IMG/VR virus record: IMGVR_UViG_3300029675_000033
Strand: one strand, 5' to 3'
DNA from: a virus
DNA length: 33,158 nucleotides
The position numbers were made by a program, and so were the translations under genes. Below the pieces are notes generated by a model. That model was given only the letters and a program-made list of their open reading frames with translations, searched no databases and was not told where the DNA came from. Of the stretch, positions 13,655 through 23,053 are shown in pieces; positions within the stretch are counted from its first letter, which is position 1, and each line of letters begins with the position of its first letter.

Positions 13655-14207
13655 CATCTGCAAGAAAAGTGGAGTCTTTTATGTGTATCAAGCCGAATAT
13701 GATGAGCAGTGGCTTTCTGACGGAAGAGCCTACTACCCTATCACAGGTTTACCAATGCTGACAGAAGACAGCATATGCAAGCTCTATGATATTAACGATA
13801 CTCAGAGAAACAAGTGTTGCTTTGAATTTTTTGTTGGCACTCCTCCAATCTTAGTGTCTGACAGTGATCCAAATGAATCAGATGCTGAGATGTGGGATAT
13901 TACAATAGCAATCAAAGATAAGATAGTCATACCGATTTCGACCGAAGAGGGAATTTTATTTGTTGATATAAAATATTTAGCTCCGTTTACCGATATGCCA
14001 AATGGCGATATGCGTTTGACTATAAGAGATGGGATTAATGGCAAGAAATATGTATGCGTCAAGTTTGGCTTGATAGCATATGCATTTATTGCTCCTGTTG
14101 ATGTGATTAACGACGAATTTGTAAATAAGATTGAAAAACTATACTCACAATCAAAAATAGCATTGAACAATTTAGGAGGTTCGATTAAGTACAATGAAAC
14201 AGTATGA
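13632..14207 (+). CDS. Hypothetical protein
   Basis: The start was set at ATG 13632, downstream of an AGAGGTG RBS. 191 aa. No family was recognised. Confidence 0.55.
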   Translation: MKTKKCFDICKKSGVFYVYQAEYDEQWLSDGRAYYPITGLPMLTEDSICKLYDINDTQRNKCCFEFFVGTPPILVSDSDPNESDAEMWDITIAIKDKIVIPISTEEGILFVDIKYLAPFTDMPNGDMRLTIRDGINGKKYVCVKFGLIAYAFIAPVDVINDEFVNKIEKLYSQSKIALNNLGGSIKYNETV

Positions 14208-14556
14208 AGCAGACGAACAAAAGAAGCTCTTTCGCTGGGCTGACTTTATGAAGACAGAGTATCCCGAATTGGATATGATGTTTCATATTCCAAACGGCGG
14301 TAGTCGCAATAAACTCGAAGCGGCCAACCTAAAGAAACAAGGTGTGCGTGCAGGCGTGCCGGATATATGCTTACCTGTTGCTCGTGGAGGTTATCACGGA
14401 CTGTTTATCGAGCTTAAATTTGGCAAGAACAAGACAACAGCAAAGCAAGACGAATGGCTTGCAAAACTGAATGAAAAAGGTTATGCAGTTGCTGTCTGCT
14501 ATGGCTGCAAGAAAGCACAGGATAAAATTCTCAAGTATCTGAATTTAGGAGAATAA
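14194..14556 (+). CDS. VRR-NUC domain nuclease (PD-(D/E)xK superfamily)
   Basis: 120 aa. EQKKLFRWADF...HIPNGGSRNKLEAANLKKQGVRAGVPDICLPVARGGYHGLFIELKFGKNKTTAKQDEWLAKLNEKGYAVAVC matches the VRR-NUC pattern (GxxxGxPD ... ELK). Confidence 0.8.
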   Translation: MKQYEADEQKKLFRWADFMKTEYPELDMMFHIPNGGSRNKLEAANLKKQGVRAGVPDICLPVARGGYHGLFIELKFGKNKTTAKQDEWLAKLNEKGYAVAVCYGCKKAQDKILKYLNLGE

Positions 14557-14558
14557 CA

Positions 14559-15263
14559 ATGGAAAATGAAAATGCAGAAACCAAAGTCGAAGAAGTCACA
14601 GAAGAGAGTAACTTTGACACTCTGAGTGAACTTGACAAACTTGCGGTCGGATTTATCGCAGGTGAAATTGATACAGATATAATAAACAGTCTTGATACAT
14701 ACAACAGGTGGTTTGTTCTGTCCATGTCAGCTATATACAGCTGTGGCAAGATTGGCTTGCTCTCGGCTAAAAGTTGTGTGCAGGTCAAATACAAGTTATT
14801 GAGCGAATACAGACGATTCAGAACAGAAACATATTTCGCAGAGATTGAGCACCGTGAATGGATTAAACGAACGAGAGAAACATCTTGCAAACTTACAGAA
14901 CTTGCACATCAAATTAATAACAAAGATACTGATGCATTAAAAACAGCTGTCGAGATTATTGACTTATTCACGAAACAAGATGTATATAATCAATTATTTA
15001 TAAAAGCAGAAGCTGATGAAGAGTATAAGCAGAAATGTGTACAAGCTCTTACACAAAATGAAAAACTCTTCTTCGACCGCTTTGGCAATATACCTTTTGT
15101 AGATTTGCTTTTTAAATTCTATAAATCCACAGAAGAGAACAGAGCAGCGGAAATATACAAAGAACTTGATTGCGATAATCTTAATGTTGTTGCACATAGA
15201 GTTCCTGTAAAATCCGAAAATTGCAAAGGCATAGCAAAATCATATCTTGAATATTTCAAGTAA
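14559..15263 (+). CDS. Hypothetical protein
   Basis: 234-aa ORF with a GGAG RBS. No family was recognised. Confidence 0.55.
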   Translation: MENENAETKVEEVTEESNFDTLSELDKLAVGFIAGEIDTDIINSLDTYNRWFVLSMSAIYSCGKIGLLSAKSCVQVKYKLLSEYRRFRTETYFAEIEHREWIKRTRETSCKLTELAHQINNKDTDALKTAVEIIDLFTKQDVYNQLFIKAEADEEYKQKCVQALTQNEKLFFDRFGNIPFVDLLFKFYKSTEENRAAEIYKELDCDNLNVVAHRVPVKSENCKGIAKSYLEYFK

Positions 15264-15268
15264 AAATC

Positions 15269-15290
15269 GCAGGGGCTGAAATGCCCCTGC
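15269..15290 (+). other. GC-rich 8-bp hairpin (gcaggggc-tgaaat-gcccctgc) upstream of the Rep-like gene
   Basis: The stem is perfect, and no U-tract follows on either strand. It could be a weak terminator or a candidate nick-site/origin hairpin. Confidence 0.3.
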
Positions 15291-15358
15291 ATATCCTGCT
15301 CAAGTAATTAATTAAGTGACCGCTATAAAAAATAATGATATAATAAAGGATTTATAAA

Positions 15359-16114
15359 ATGTACATATATAAATGTGAAGTTAAATCAGGGCCTATGCTC
15401 GAAATAAAATATTATAAATCATTACGCAAGCGTAACAAAAAGAACATTGCACGCAATTTCAATCAAGCAAAAACAAACGAAAAACAAGCACTTGCAAACC
15501 GCATTCGTGGAGAGCAGCATACTCAAAGACTTATCCTCTGTAACTTTACCAAAGGAGATTGGTTTGCTCGCTTTTCAGCGCCCAAAGGAGAATTCACAGA
15601 GGAGCAGTTTGAAAAGATTGTTAATAATTTTTTCAAACGAATCAAACGCAGAGCAGAAAAAATAGGAGTACAATTCAAATACATTGGCTACTGTGAATGT
15701 GGCAAGCTCGGCAAGAATTGGCATATGCATATAGTGATTGAAGATTGCATCAGAGAAATTGCAACAGAGTGTTGGCAATGGAAAAACGGCATAAACTTCA
15801 CACCGCTATATCAAGACGGCAATTTTGCCGATCTTGCAAAATATATTCGCAAAGATGTTTGCGGAAAGAAAAGGTTAAGAACATCAAGAAATCTAACCAA
15901 GCCCGAAGTAACAGTTGTTGAGGGCAAAAAGCGTGAATTCAAAAAACTTGAAAAAGGCGAGGCACTGCCTGTACCTGAGGGATATTATTTTTACAAAGAC
16001 GATATGTGGGTTAATGACTTCACCGGGGCAAGCTATCATTTTGTATTTATGCAATTGACTGCAACAAGGAGGCTGACAAACAATGAACCTAAAACAAATC
16101 AGAGAAATGAGTGA
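15359..16114 (+). CDS. HUH-superfamily rolling-circle replication initiator (Rep)-like protein
   Basis: 251 aa. Motif-I-like LILCNFT lies at aa 58-64. FKYIGYCECGKLGKNWHMHIVI contains the HUH motif HMHIVI (nt 15719-15739) in the context typical of plasmid/microvirus Reps (..Y..v.EyG...gRpHyH.li). Motif-III-like DLAKYIRKD places a Tyr at nt 15842-15844. Confidence 0.6.
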   Translation: MYIYKCEVKSGPMLEIKYYKSLRKRNKKNIARNFNQAKTNEKQALANRIRGEQHTQRLILCNFTKGDWFARFSAPKGEFTEEQFEKIVNNFFKRIKRRAEKIGVQFKYIGYCECGKLGKNWHMHIVIEDCIREIATECWQWKNGINFTPLYQDGNFADLAKYIRKDVCGKKRLRTSRNLTKPEVTVVEGKKREFKKLEKGEALPVPEGYYFYKDDMWVNDFTGASYHFVFMQLTATRRLTNNEPKTNQRNE

Positions 16115-16442
16115 CAATATCTGTAATTACAGAGTCAGGATAGCCACTCTTGAAGCAGAGGTAACGCACATTACCTCAAACATTACTGCTGCAAACGGAG
16201 CAAGTGCGTCAGGGAGCATTGACAAGATAGTGCCCCAAATAGCTGACCTTCGAAACGAATTACACAACACGGAAACGAGAAGAGCTGTTGCAATATGCAG
16301 TATACCAACTGAAACAACAGAGGGCAGCTGCTTAATTTTGCATTTGCGTGATAAGCGTTCTTGGAAAGAAATAGCGTTCATTATGGGCGGAGGGAATACA
16401 GAGGACGGAGTGCGTATGATGTGCAATCGCTATGAGTGGTGA
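16083..16442 (+). CDS. Sigma-70 region-4-like HTH protein (ArpU/RinA/DUF1492-type late-gene regulator candidate)
   Basis: 119 aa. The C-terminal LHLRDKRSWKEIAFIMGGGNTEDGVRMMCNRY resembles a sigma region-4 HTH. The position just upstream of HNH/terS is typical for late activators. Confidence 0.5.
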   Translation: MNLKQIREMSDNICNYRVRIATLEAEVTHITSNITAANGASASGSIDKIVPQIADLRNELHNTETRRAVAICSIPTETTEGSCLILHLRDKRSWKEIAFIMGGGNTEDGVRMMCNRYEW

Positions 16443-16516
16443 AAGTTGTTCGTTTGTTCGCTTAAGGGTGTGTTAGAATATAATTGAGCAAAGCTCAGAA
16501 AATACAAAGTTAATCA

Positions 16517-16548
16517 AGTCGCTGTTAATACAGCGGCTTATTTATTTG
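16517..16548 (+). terminator. Intrinsic terminator between the early/regulatory genes and the packaging module
   Basis: aagtcgctg (16517-16525) pairs with cagcggctt (16532-16540), one G-U pair, followed by atttattt. Confidence 0.5.
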
Positions 16549-16552
16549 CAAA

Positions 16553-16873
16553 ATGATAAAAAGAAATGTAACAACAGAATGGATAATACAACAAATACAG
16601 GACGGCAAAACATACAGGTTCTATTTGACCGCTGACTGGCAAAGAGTGCGAGATAAAAAGCGTACAATGGAACACAATGAATGTGAACGGTGCAGAGCCG
16701 TAGGAAAATATAGCCCCTGTGAAGAGGTGCATCACAAGAAGTACCTTAAAGCAAGACCTGACCTTGCTCTTGACATCAACAATCTTGAATGTCTGTGCAA
16801 AGATTGTCATTACAAAGAGCATCACAAACTGCAAGAAAAAATTTTTTCAGAAGAATTTTCCGAGAAATGGTAG
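16553..16873 (+). CDS. HNH endonuclease (packaging-associated)
   Basis: 106 aa. WQRVRDKKRTMEHNECERCRAVGK...VHHKKYL...NLECLCKDCHYKEHH is the HNH signature. The gene is adjacent to terS/terL, as in HK97-like cos phages. Confidence 0.9.
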   Translation: MIKRNVTTEWIIQQIQDGKTYRFYLTADWQRVRDKKRTMEHNECERCRAVGKYSPCEEVHHKKYLKARPDLALDINNLECLCKDCHYKEHHKLQEKIFSEEFSEKW

Positions 16874-16985
16874 CACCCCGGGGTCAAAAATCGCATTTAC
16901 CTCAAGTGTGTGGATAACGGTGTACAGGGTAGACAATTTGTCCTCGCACGCACGCACGAGAAATTTTTGTGAAAGGAGCAATAAA

Positions 16986-17300
16986 ATGGCACAAGTTAAA
17001 ATGGCAAAAATCAAAGAAAGCTTAATTGAACAACTCACATTAAAAGGAGCAGACATTGATGTGTATCGTGACTTAATCGAAAGTTACATTTTCTACACTA
17101 AACTTGAACGACAAATGCAAGCTGATATCAAGAAAAACGGCTTATCATACAAGGCGATTTCTTCAACAGGTAAAGAATACACTAAAGACAATCCGTCAGT
17201 GAAAAATTCAATAATGTACAACAAGCAAAGACTTGCTATTCTTTCGCAAATGGGGCTATCAATCGACAAGGTCGAAAGTGATGTAAATGACGAACTGTAA
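16986..17300 (+). CDS. terS: Terminase small subunit (P27 family-like)
   Basis: 104 aa starting at ATG 16986 (GAAAGGAG RBS). ...YRDLIESYIFYTKLERQMQADIKKNGLSY...GKEYTKDNPSVKNSIMYNKQRLAILSQMGL fits the P27-type TerS. The ORF-track extension back to 16719 overlaps the HNH gene and was discarded. Confidence 0.8.
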   Translation: MAQVKMAKIKESLIEQLTLKGADIDVYRDLIESYIFYTKLERQMQADIKKNGLSYKAISSTGKEYTKDNPSVKNSIMYNKQRLAILSQMGLSIDKVESDVNDEL

Positions 17301-18933
17301 ATACCTTGATGATTACATAAAGCAAGTAAAAAGTGGTCAATATCGTGTATGCAAAGAGCAAATACAGCTTGTAAATTTCATAGAAAAAGTATTCGAAAAT
17401 GAGCAAGTCTATGTTGACAGTGAGCAGGTTGAAAAGTATTTTGCTCTACAGAAATATTTTCCATACGAATTATTTGCGTGGGAAAAGTTTTGCTTTATTC
17501 TGCATAATTGCACATATTCCGCACCGGGTGTATTAAGATTTCCCGATTTAGTTTGTGTGGTCGGGCGAGGCGCAGGAAAAAATGGCTATCTTGCATTTGA
17601 AGATTTTGCTCTGCTCACGCCTGTCAACGGCATACGCAATTACGATATTGACATTTGTGCAACATCAGAAGAGCAAGCAAGCACAACCTTTAATGACATC
17701 TACGAAATTTTGGAAAACAATTCTACAAAAATGCAGCGGCATTTTAAGTGGAACAAAACAGAGATTACAAACATAAAGACTAATTCAACAATCAGATACA
17801 GAACTTCAAACAGCAAAACGAAAGACGGAGGCAGACCCGGTAAAGTCGACTTTGATGAAAAGCATGCATATGAAAATTATAAGCTCATTGATGTTTTCAC
17901 AACTGGCTTAGGCAAAAAAGCTATGCCACGCAGAACAACAATTACAACTATGGGAGATGTTCGGGACGGGCCGCTTGACAACGAGCTTGCCGCAGGTCTT
18001 GAAGTGCTGAATGGTGATGCACCTGACAACGGCACTCTTTATTTCATATGCAGGTTAGACAATGAAAAAGAGGTATATGAGCAAGAAAATTGGTACAAAG
18101 CAAATCCGTCGTTGCAATATTTTCCAAATTTGTTAAGAGAAATTCAAAAGGAATTTGAGGATTGGAAGCGTGACAAAGTAAACAATTCATCTTTTATGAC
18201 TAAGCGTATGAATATCCCCAAAGGTACAGAAATGCACCCGGTTACAGCGTGGGAAAACATAAAAGCCACAAACAGACCGCTACCCGATTTGGAAGGCAAA
18301 ACTTGTGTATTTGGTCTTGACTATACTAAAACAACAGATTTTCTCGGAGCAGGTTTGCTGTTTATGATTGATAACGAAATTATTTGGAAACCGATGTCGT
18401 GGTATTGCTCACAATCCGCTGACCTCAGCAGAATTAAATTTCCGTATGATAAACAGCCTGACCTACAACGAGTTGATGGTGCAGAAATACCGCCACAAAT
18501 TGTTGCAGAATGGCTCAAAGAACAGAAAAAGCACTACAACATCATAGCAGGAGCGTTGGATAACTACCGATACACTTTGCTCAAAAGTCCTCTATTGGAG
18601 TGTGGATTTGAGTGTGACCGCAAGGGTCTTAATAACTTAAAACTCGTTCGGCCGTCAGATAAAATGCTGGTAGCTCCGCTGATAGCGTCTGATTTTGCAA
18701 ACCATAAAATCGTATGGGGCGATTCGGCGTTAATGCGTTGGTACACGAACAATACATCTGCAACAGAGGATAAAAATGGCAATATCAGCTACGGAAAAAT
18801 CGAGCCAAAGTCGAGAAAAACCGACGGCTTTATGGCTTTTGTAGCAGCATATACACAATTAGATTTGCTCAAACAAAGCCAGCCTATTTCAACAGACAAT
18901 TTTAAAAAATTTTTTAAAGCTATCAGCGTATAG
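17287..18933 (+). CDS. terL: Terminase large subunit (Terminase_1-like)
   Basis: 548 aa with a Walker A-like VVGRGAGKNGY. The size and the position between terS and the portal gene fit TerL. Confidence 0.9.
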   Translation: MTNCKYLDDYIKQVKSGQYRVCKEQIQLVNFIEKVFENEQVYVDSEQVEKYFALQKYFPYELFAWEKFCFILHNCTYSAPGVLRFPDLVCVVGRGAGKNGYLAFEDFALLTPVNGIRNYDIDICATSEEQASTTFNDIYEILENNSTKMQRHFKWNKTEITNIKTNSTIRYRTSNSKTKDGGRPGKVDFDEKHAYENYKLIDVFTTGLGKKAMPRRTTITTMGDVRDGPLDNELAAGLEVLNGDAPDNGTLYFICRLDNEKEVYEQENWYKANPSLQYFPNLLREIQKEFEDWKRDKVNNSSFMTKRMNIPKGTEMHPVTAWENIKATNRPLPDLEGKTCVFGLDYTKTTDFLGAGLLFMIDNEIIWKPMSWYCSQSADLSRIKFPYDKQPDLQRVDGAEIPPQIVAEWLKEQKKHYNIIAGALDNYRYTLLKSPLLECGFECDRKGLNNLKLVRPSDKMLVAPLIASDFANHKIVWGDSALMRWYTNNTSATEDKNGNISYGKIEPKSRKTDGFMAFVAAYTQLDLLKQSQPISTDNFKKFFKAISV

Positions 18934-18952
18934 CGTATAAGGTGGTGATATT

Positions 18953-20116
18953 TTGAATATTTTTAGTTTTTTCCGCAGAAAAATTAAAGCAGCCCCTCAA
19001 GAAAATGACAACAGCTTTGATGATAGTTATTCTGCCGCCGAGCAGCGGTTTAGGCTAACAGAGCTTGCACTGTTTACTGCAATTGATTTTATAGCCAAAA
19101 GCATTGCCAAGTGCGAATTTGTTACTGTAATTGATAACAAGGAGTACAAAGGTCTTGAATACTATCTATGGAATTATGCACCGAACAAACATCAAACGAA
19201 AGTCGAGTTTTTAACACAGGCGATTTCAAAATTAATTTTTGACAACGAACTGTTAATTATTTCAACTGCTGATAATCAGTTGCTCATTGCAGATAGCTAT
19301 TGCAAAACTGAATATGCTGTTTTTGATGATATTTTTACAAGTGTAACTTGCCGAAATTTTACATATCAGCGTACTTTTAGTGAAAGTGAAGTAATTTATT
19401 TAAAGTACAACAGCTTTGCTCTCAGAGGCTTATTAGCCGAAATGTGCACTACATACGAGCAACTTATGATGTCTGCTCAAGAGCGCTACAATAAAGCCGT
19501 AGGGCATAAAGGTATAGTAACTTTTGAAAACTTCAACTTTGGCGATAAAGATTTTAACGAAACATTTTCTGAAATTCTCGGAAAGCAGTTTAAAAAATAT
19601 TATGAGTCAAAGAATGCTGTATTACCTGTTTTCAAAGGAATGAAGTATTCAGAGCCTGCAACAGAGGCAGGGAAAACTACAAACAGTGAAATTACCGATA
19701 TTCAAAAGCTAAGAGCAGAGGCATATGCAACTGTTGGAAACGCTTTACACATTCCGCCGGCTATTCTTAGCGGCGAGGCATCTATGCTTTCAGACGCTAT
19801 GGATTGTGCTATCGCAAATGCGGTAGATCCTATTGCACAAATGTTTGAACAAGAAATTACAAAAAAGAAATTCGGAAATTCCGAATTTTTAAAAGGCAAC
19901 TATATGCTTATCGATACAACAACAGTTAAACATATAGACGCTATAAGCAATGCAAATAACCTTGACAAATCAATAGCAAGCGGTGTCCTCTCCCCTGCAA
20001 AGGCTCAAAAGTATTGTAATATGCTGCCTTGCGAAGAAGAATGGGCACAGAAATATTACATTACAAAGAACTATCAGACATCAGATGAGGTGTTGAAAGG
20101 TGGTGAAACTCAGTGA
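18953..20116 (+). CDS. Portal protein (HK97 family)
   Basis: 387 aa. The start codon is TTG with an AAGGTGGTGA RBS. The position after terL, the size and the pattern (..EYYLWNYAPNKHQT..; PVFKGMKY) fit an HK97-type portal. Confidence 0.85.
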   Translation: MNIFSFFRRKIKAAPQENDNSFDDSYSAAEQRFRLTELALFTAIDFIAKSIAKCEFVTVIDNKEYKGLEYYLWNYAPNKHQTKVEFLTQAISKLIFDNELLIISTADNQLLIADSYCKTEYAVFDDIFTSVTCRNFTYQRTFSESEVIYLKYNSFALRGLLAEMCTTYEQLMMSAQERYNKAVGHKGIVTFENFNFGDKDFNETFSEILGKQFKKYYESKNAVLPVFKGMKYSEPATEAGKTTNSEITDIQKLRAEAYATVGNALHIPPAILSGEASMLSDAMDCAIANAVDPIAQMFEQEITKKKFGNSEFLKGNYMLIDTTTVKHIDAISNANNLDKSIASGVLSPAKAQKYCNMLPCEEEWAQKYYITKNYQTSDEVLKGGETQ

Positions 20117-20877
20117 AAGAAAGAAACTACAAAATCAAGCAGATTGCGGATGAAAATGTCTTGCAAATCTATTTGTACGGTGAAATTGAACCGGGGTATT
20201 TAGACTGTTGGGGTTATTACTATGGTTCAACTACAAGTGCAGAGTATATCCGAAAAGCCATTGATAAAGCAGGAACTATTAACAGTATTGAACTGTATAT
20301 CAATTCTATCGGTGGTTATGTTGACGAAGGTGTCGCTATTTACAATCTGTTAAAAAGGCAGAATGTACCTGTTACTGCGTATATTGACGGTATGGCGTGT
20401 TCAATCGCAAGTGTAGTAGCTATGGCAGCGGATAAAATCATAATGCCGTCGAATACAACTATGATGATTCATCACGCTATCGGTGCTTGCTACGGTAACG
20501 CTAAAGAACATAGAGAATATGCAGAACAGCTTGATAAAATCAGCGAAGCGAGCACTAATTCTTATCTCGTACACGCAGGTGATAAACTTACGAGAGAAAC
20601 CCTTGAACCACTGCTTGACGCTGAAACATTCCTTACTGCACAGGAGGCGCTCGAACTCGGCTTGTGTGATGAAATTCTTGACCCTGTTGACTTAACGGAT
20701 TCAAAAGAAGTTGTTGAACAAGCAGAACAGAGAAAAAATCCTAAAGCAAAACAAGCAGCGGCAGAACTCACGAAAATGCTCGGTAAAAAGCCGCCACAGG
20801 AACCAAACACCACTCAGCACGAAAAAGACAGCTTTGATTTTTTTGAAACATTTTTCAAAAACAAAAATTATTTATAA
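20113..20877 (+). CDS. ClpP-family (S14) prohead maturation protease
   Basis: INSIGGYVDEGVAIYNLLKRQNVPVTAYIDGMACSIASVVAMAADKIIMPSNTTMMIHHA is the ClpP/S14 serine-protease core. The start codon is GTG and overlaps the portal stop codon. Confidence 0.9.
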   Translation: MKERNYKIKQIADENVLQIYLYGEIEPGYLDCWGYYYGSTTSAEYIRKAIDKAGTINSIELYINSIGGYVDEGVAIYNLLKRQNVPVTAYIDGMACSIASVVAMAADKIIMPSNTTMMIHHAIGACYGNAKEHREYAEQLDKISEASTNSYLVHAGDKLTRETLEPLLDAETFLTAQEALELGLCDEILDPVDLTDSKEVVEQAEQRKNPKAKQAAAELTKMLGKKPPQEPNTTQHEKDSFDFFETFFKNKNYL

Positions 20878-20889
20878 AGGAGATTAAAA

Positions 20890-22068
20890 ATGAAAAATCT
20901 TGATTTTATTAACAATGCAAAAACAAATTTTGCAAAGCAGTTGAAGGAAGCGTTCGCAGACAAAGACGAAGCTAAGATGACATCTGCGTTTGAGCAGTAC
21001 GCTACAAGTCTTCAGCAGGCTATTATTGACACAGCAGCAGAAGTAGGTGCAACTGCTGACAATGCCATTCTCGCCAAAAGGGGTTTCAGACAGCTTACAT
21101 CGGCGGAACAGAGCTTTTACAATAACATTAAGACAGCTTCAAAGGCTGTTGATGTTAAGCAGAGCCTTGCAGGTCTTGATGTAACTATTCCGCAGACTGT
21201 AATTGATACAGTTCTCGAAGACATTTCAAATGAGCATCCACTTCTTGATGCTATCAATATTGAAAACACTTACGGCTCAGTGAAAGCAATTTTTGCAACT
21301 GATACAAAACAAATGGCGGCTTGGGGCACTCTTAATTCTCAGATTGCACAGGAGCTCGCTGGAACCATTGAAGAAAAAGACTTCTCAACATCAAAGCTTA
21401 CAGCATTTATTCCTGTTCCAAAGGATATGCTTGAACTCGGAGCTACATACATTGACGTTTATGTTCGCAGAATTCTTGCTGATGCTCTTGCTTACGGACT
21501 TGAAGACGGTTTTATCAATGGTGACGGCAAGAACAAGCCTGTGGGTATTCTCAAGAATATTAACGGCTCAGTAACCGCAGGTGCATATCCTGACAAGACG
21601 GCGACTAAAGTTACAAAACTCGATATTAAGTCATATATGCCTCTGATCGGTAAGATTGCAAAAGGCAAAGGCGGCAAAACCAAGTCAGTGCCGTTTGTTG
21701 ACTTAATTGTCAATCCTGTTGATTACCTCACCAAGGTTATTCCTGCAACTACTGTTCTCGCTACTGACGGTAGCTATAAAAACAACATTTTCCCTTATCC
21801 TACACGAGTATTTCAGTCTGAAATGATTGCAGTAGGTACTGCTGCTCTTGGCCAGCTTTCTAAATACAAAGCCTGCGTATCGACAGGCAAGGGCGGTAAA
21901 CTCGAATACTCTGATCAGAACCAGTTTCTCGAAGACAATCGTGTATACACAATTAAAACATTCGCAACAGGTTTCTCGTATGATGAAACTGATTTCTTAA
22001 AGCTTGATCTCAGCGCTCTTGAACCGCTCGCTATCGAGGTTACTCTCAATTCTAAATCATCAACATAA
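20890..22068 (+). CDS. Major capsid protein (HK97 fold family)
   Basis: 392 aa, directly after the prohead protease, with a strong AAGGAG RBS. The composition and length are typical of HK97-type major capsid proteins. Confidence 0.85.
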   Translation: MKNLDFINNAKTNFAKQLKEAFADKDEAKMTSAFEQYATSLQQAIIDTAAEVGATADNAILAKRGFRQLTSAEQSFYNNIKTASKAVDVKQSLAGLDVTIPQTVIDTVLEDISNEHPLLDAINIENTYGSVKAIFATDTKQMAAWGTLNSQIAQELAGTIEEKDFSTSKLTAFIPVPKDMLELGATYIDVYVRRILADALAYGLEDGFINGDGKNKPVGILKNINGSVTAGAYPDKTATKVTKLDIKSYMPLIGKIAKGKGGKTKSVPFVDLIVNPVDYLTKVIPATTVLATDGSYKNNIFPYPTRVFQSEMIAVGTAALGQLSKYKACVSTGKGGKLEYSDQNQFLEDNRVYTIKTFATGFSYDETDFLKLDLSALEPLAIEVTLNSKSST

Positions 22069-22088
22069 TAAGCATGAGGTGTTGAATT

Positions 22089-22391
22089 ATGGCACAGTTA
22101 ATTGATGATGTGATTAATATGCTTGATTTTGACAGCGAACACATCAAAACTGACGATAGCGCAAAATCAAAAATTAATATCATAATTGAAAATGGCAAGC
22201 AACACCTCCGCTCTTTCCATCCTGCCTTAACTGATGAGGATTTCATACGCTCTACAAGAGCAAGAAGTTTGTTGTTTGACTACTGCCGATATGCTTACAG
22301 CAACGCAACAGAACAGTTTGACAACAACTTTGCAGCGGATATTTTGATGTTAAGGCAAGAATATGAGGTAAAAGCTTATGACTCAAAGTGA
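22089..22391 (+). CDS. Head-tail connector protein (gp6-like)
   Basis: 100 aa. The position after the capsid gene and the N-terminal pattern (LDFDSEHIKTDDS...IIIENGKQHLRSF) resemble the Phage_connect_1 family. Confidence 0.55.
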   Translation: MAQLIDDVINMLDFDSEHIKTDDSAKSKINIIIENGKQHLRSFHPALTDEDFIRSTRARSLLFDYCRYAYSNATEQFDNNFAADILMLRQEYEVKAYDSK

Positions 22392-22725
22392 TATTAAGTT
22401 TTTGACATTTAACGACGGTGTAGCTTTTGTTTTTGATACAGACGAAAACGATACTATTATTGCTAACACAGCACGAAAGTATCGCTTTGGCAACGAAAAA
22501 GTTGGAGTTACTCGTTATTACGGTGCAAAACAAAATGATATTGAATTATCAAAAGTGATACATATACATTGTGATGAGAAAATTCAGCCGGATATGGCTT
22601 TGGTAATTGACTGCACAAGATACAAAATTGAGCAGGTTCAGCATGACAGATGCAAAAATCCGCCTTGCACTATTTTATCTTTATCTCAGAGAGGCTTATA
22701 CAAGGAGAAAGCAAATGACTTTTAA
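22378..22725 (+). CDS. Head-tail adaptor/head closure protein
   Basis: 115 aa. ...VIHIHCDEKIQPDMALVIDCTRYKIEQVQHD fits the head-tail joining pattern (..y.I..v.d). Confidence 0.55.
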   Translation: MTQSDIKFLTFNDGVAFVFDTDENDTIIANTARKYRFGNEKVGVTRYYGAKQNDIELSKVIHIHCDEKIQPDMALVIDCTRYKIEQVQHDRCKNPPCTILSLSQRGLYKEKANDF

Positions 22726-23053
22726 AAATTATGATGATTTTGTCGGCTTACTTGAAACTTGTAACTTCAAAGTTGCTGAGGCTGATTTTAGCAAGCCGGT
22801 TGAAACTCCGTTTATTGCATATTTCAAAGATGAAGATAAAAATGTATATGCAGACGGAAAAGTTATTTTTACTTTATATAGTAAGATTGATATTGAGCTA
22901 TATACAGACAGAACAGACCATGCAAGCGAAGAAAAATTTGCAGAATGGCTTAATAGCAATAATCTTGTTTGGAAAAAGACTAATCGAGCATGGATTGCGG
23001 CAGAAAAAATGTGCGTATCATATTATGAAGTAAGAGTTGATTACAAAATATGA
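22715..23053 (+). CDS. Head-tail joining/tail completion protein (family not recognised)
   Basis: The start was set at ATG 22715 (AAGGAG RBS). 112 aa. The call rests on position in the head-tail module only. Confidence 0.5.
   Translation: MTFKNYDDFVGLLETCNFKVAEADFSKPVETPFIAYFKDEDKNVYADGKVIFTLYSKIDIELYTDRTDHASEEKFAEWLNSNNLVWKKTNRAWIAAEKMCVSYYEVRVDYKI

Noticed and set aside
16445-16484. Tandem ttgttcg motif (gttgttcg/tttgttcg, 16445-16460) plus a TATAAT at 16479-16484, considered as a late promoter with activator binding sites.
   Set aside because: The spacing between the best -35-like hexamer and the TATAAT is ~19 nt. A terminator lies between this element and the HNH gene, and the repeat is too short to distinguish from chance.
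16719-16985. N-terminal extension of the terS ORF (193-aa version). Analogous extensions occur at 22607, 23450, 24631, 11783, 13611 and 7262, and for the 157-aa hicB ORF.
   Set aside because: The extensions overlap the preceding gene and lack an RBS. Internal ATGs with AAGGAG/GAGGTGA sites at the correct spacing give products that begin where family homology begins.
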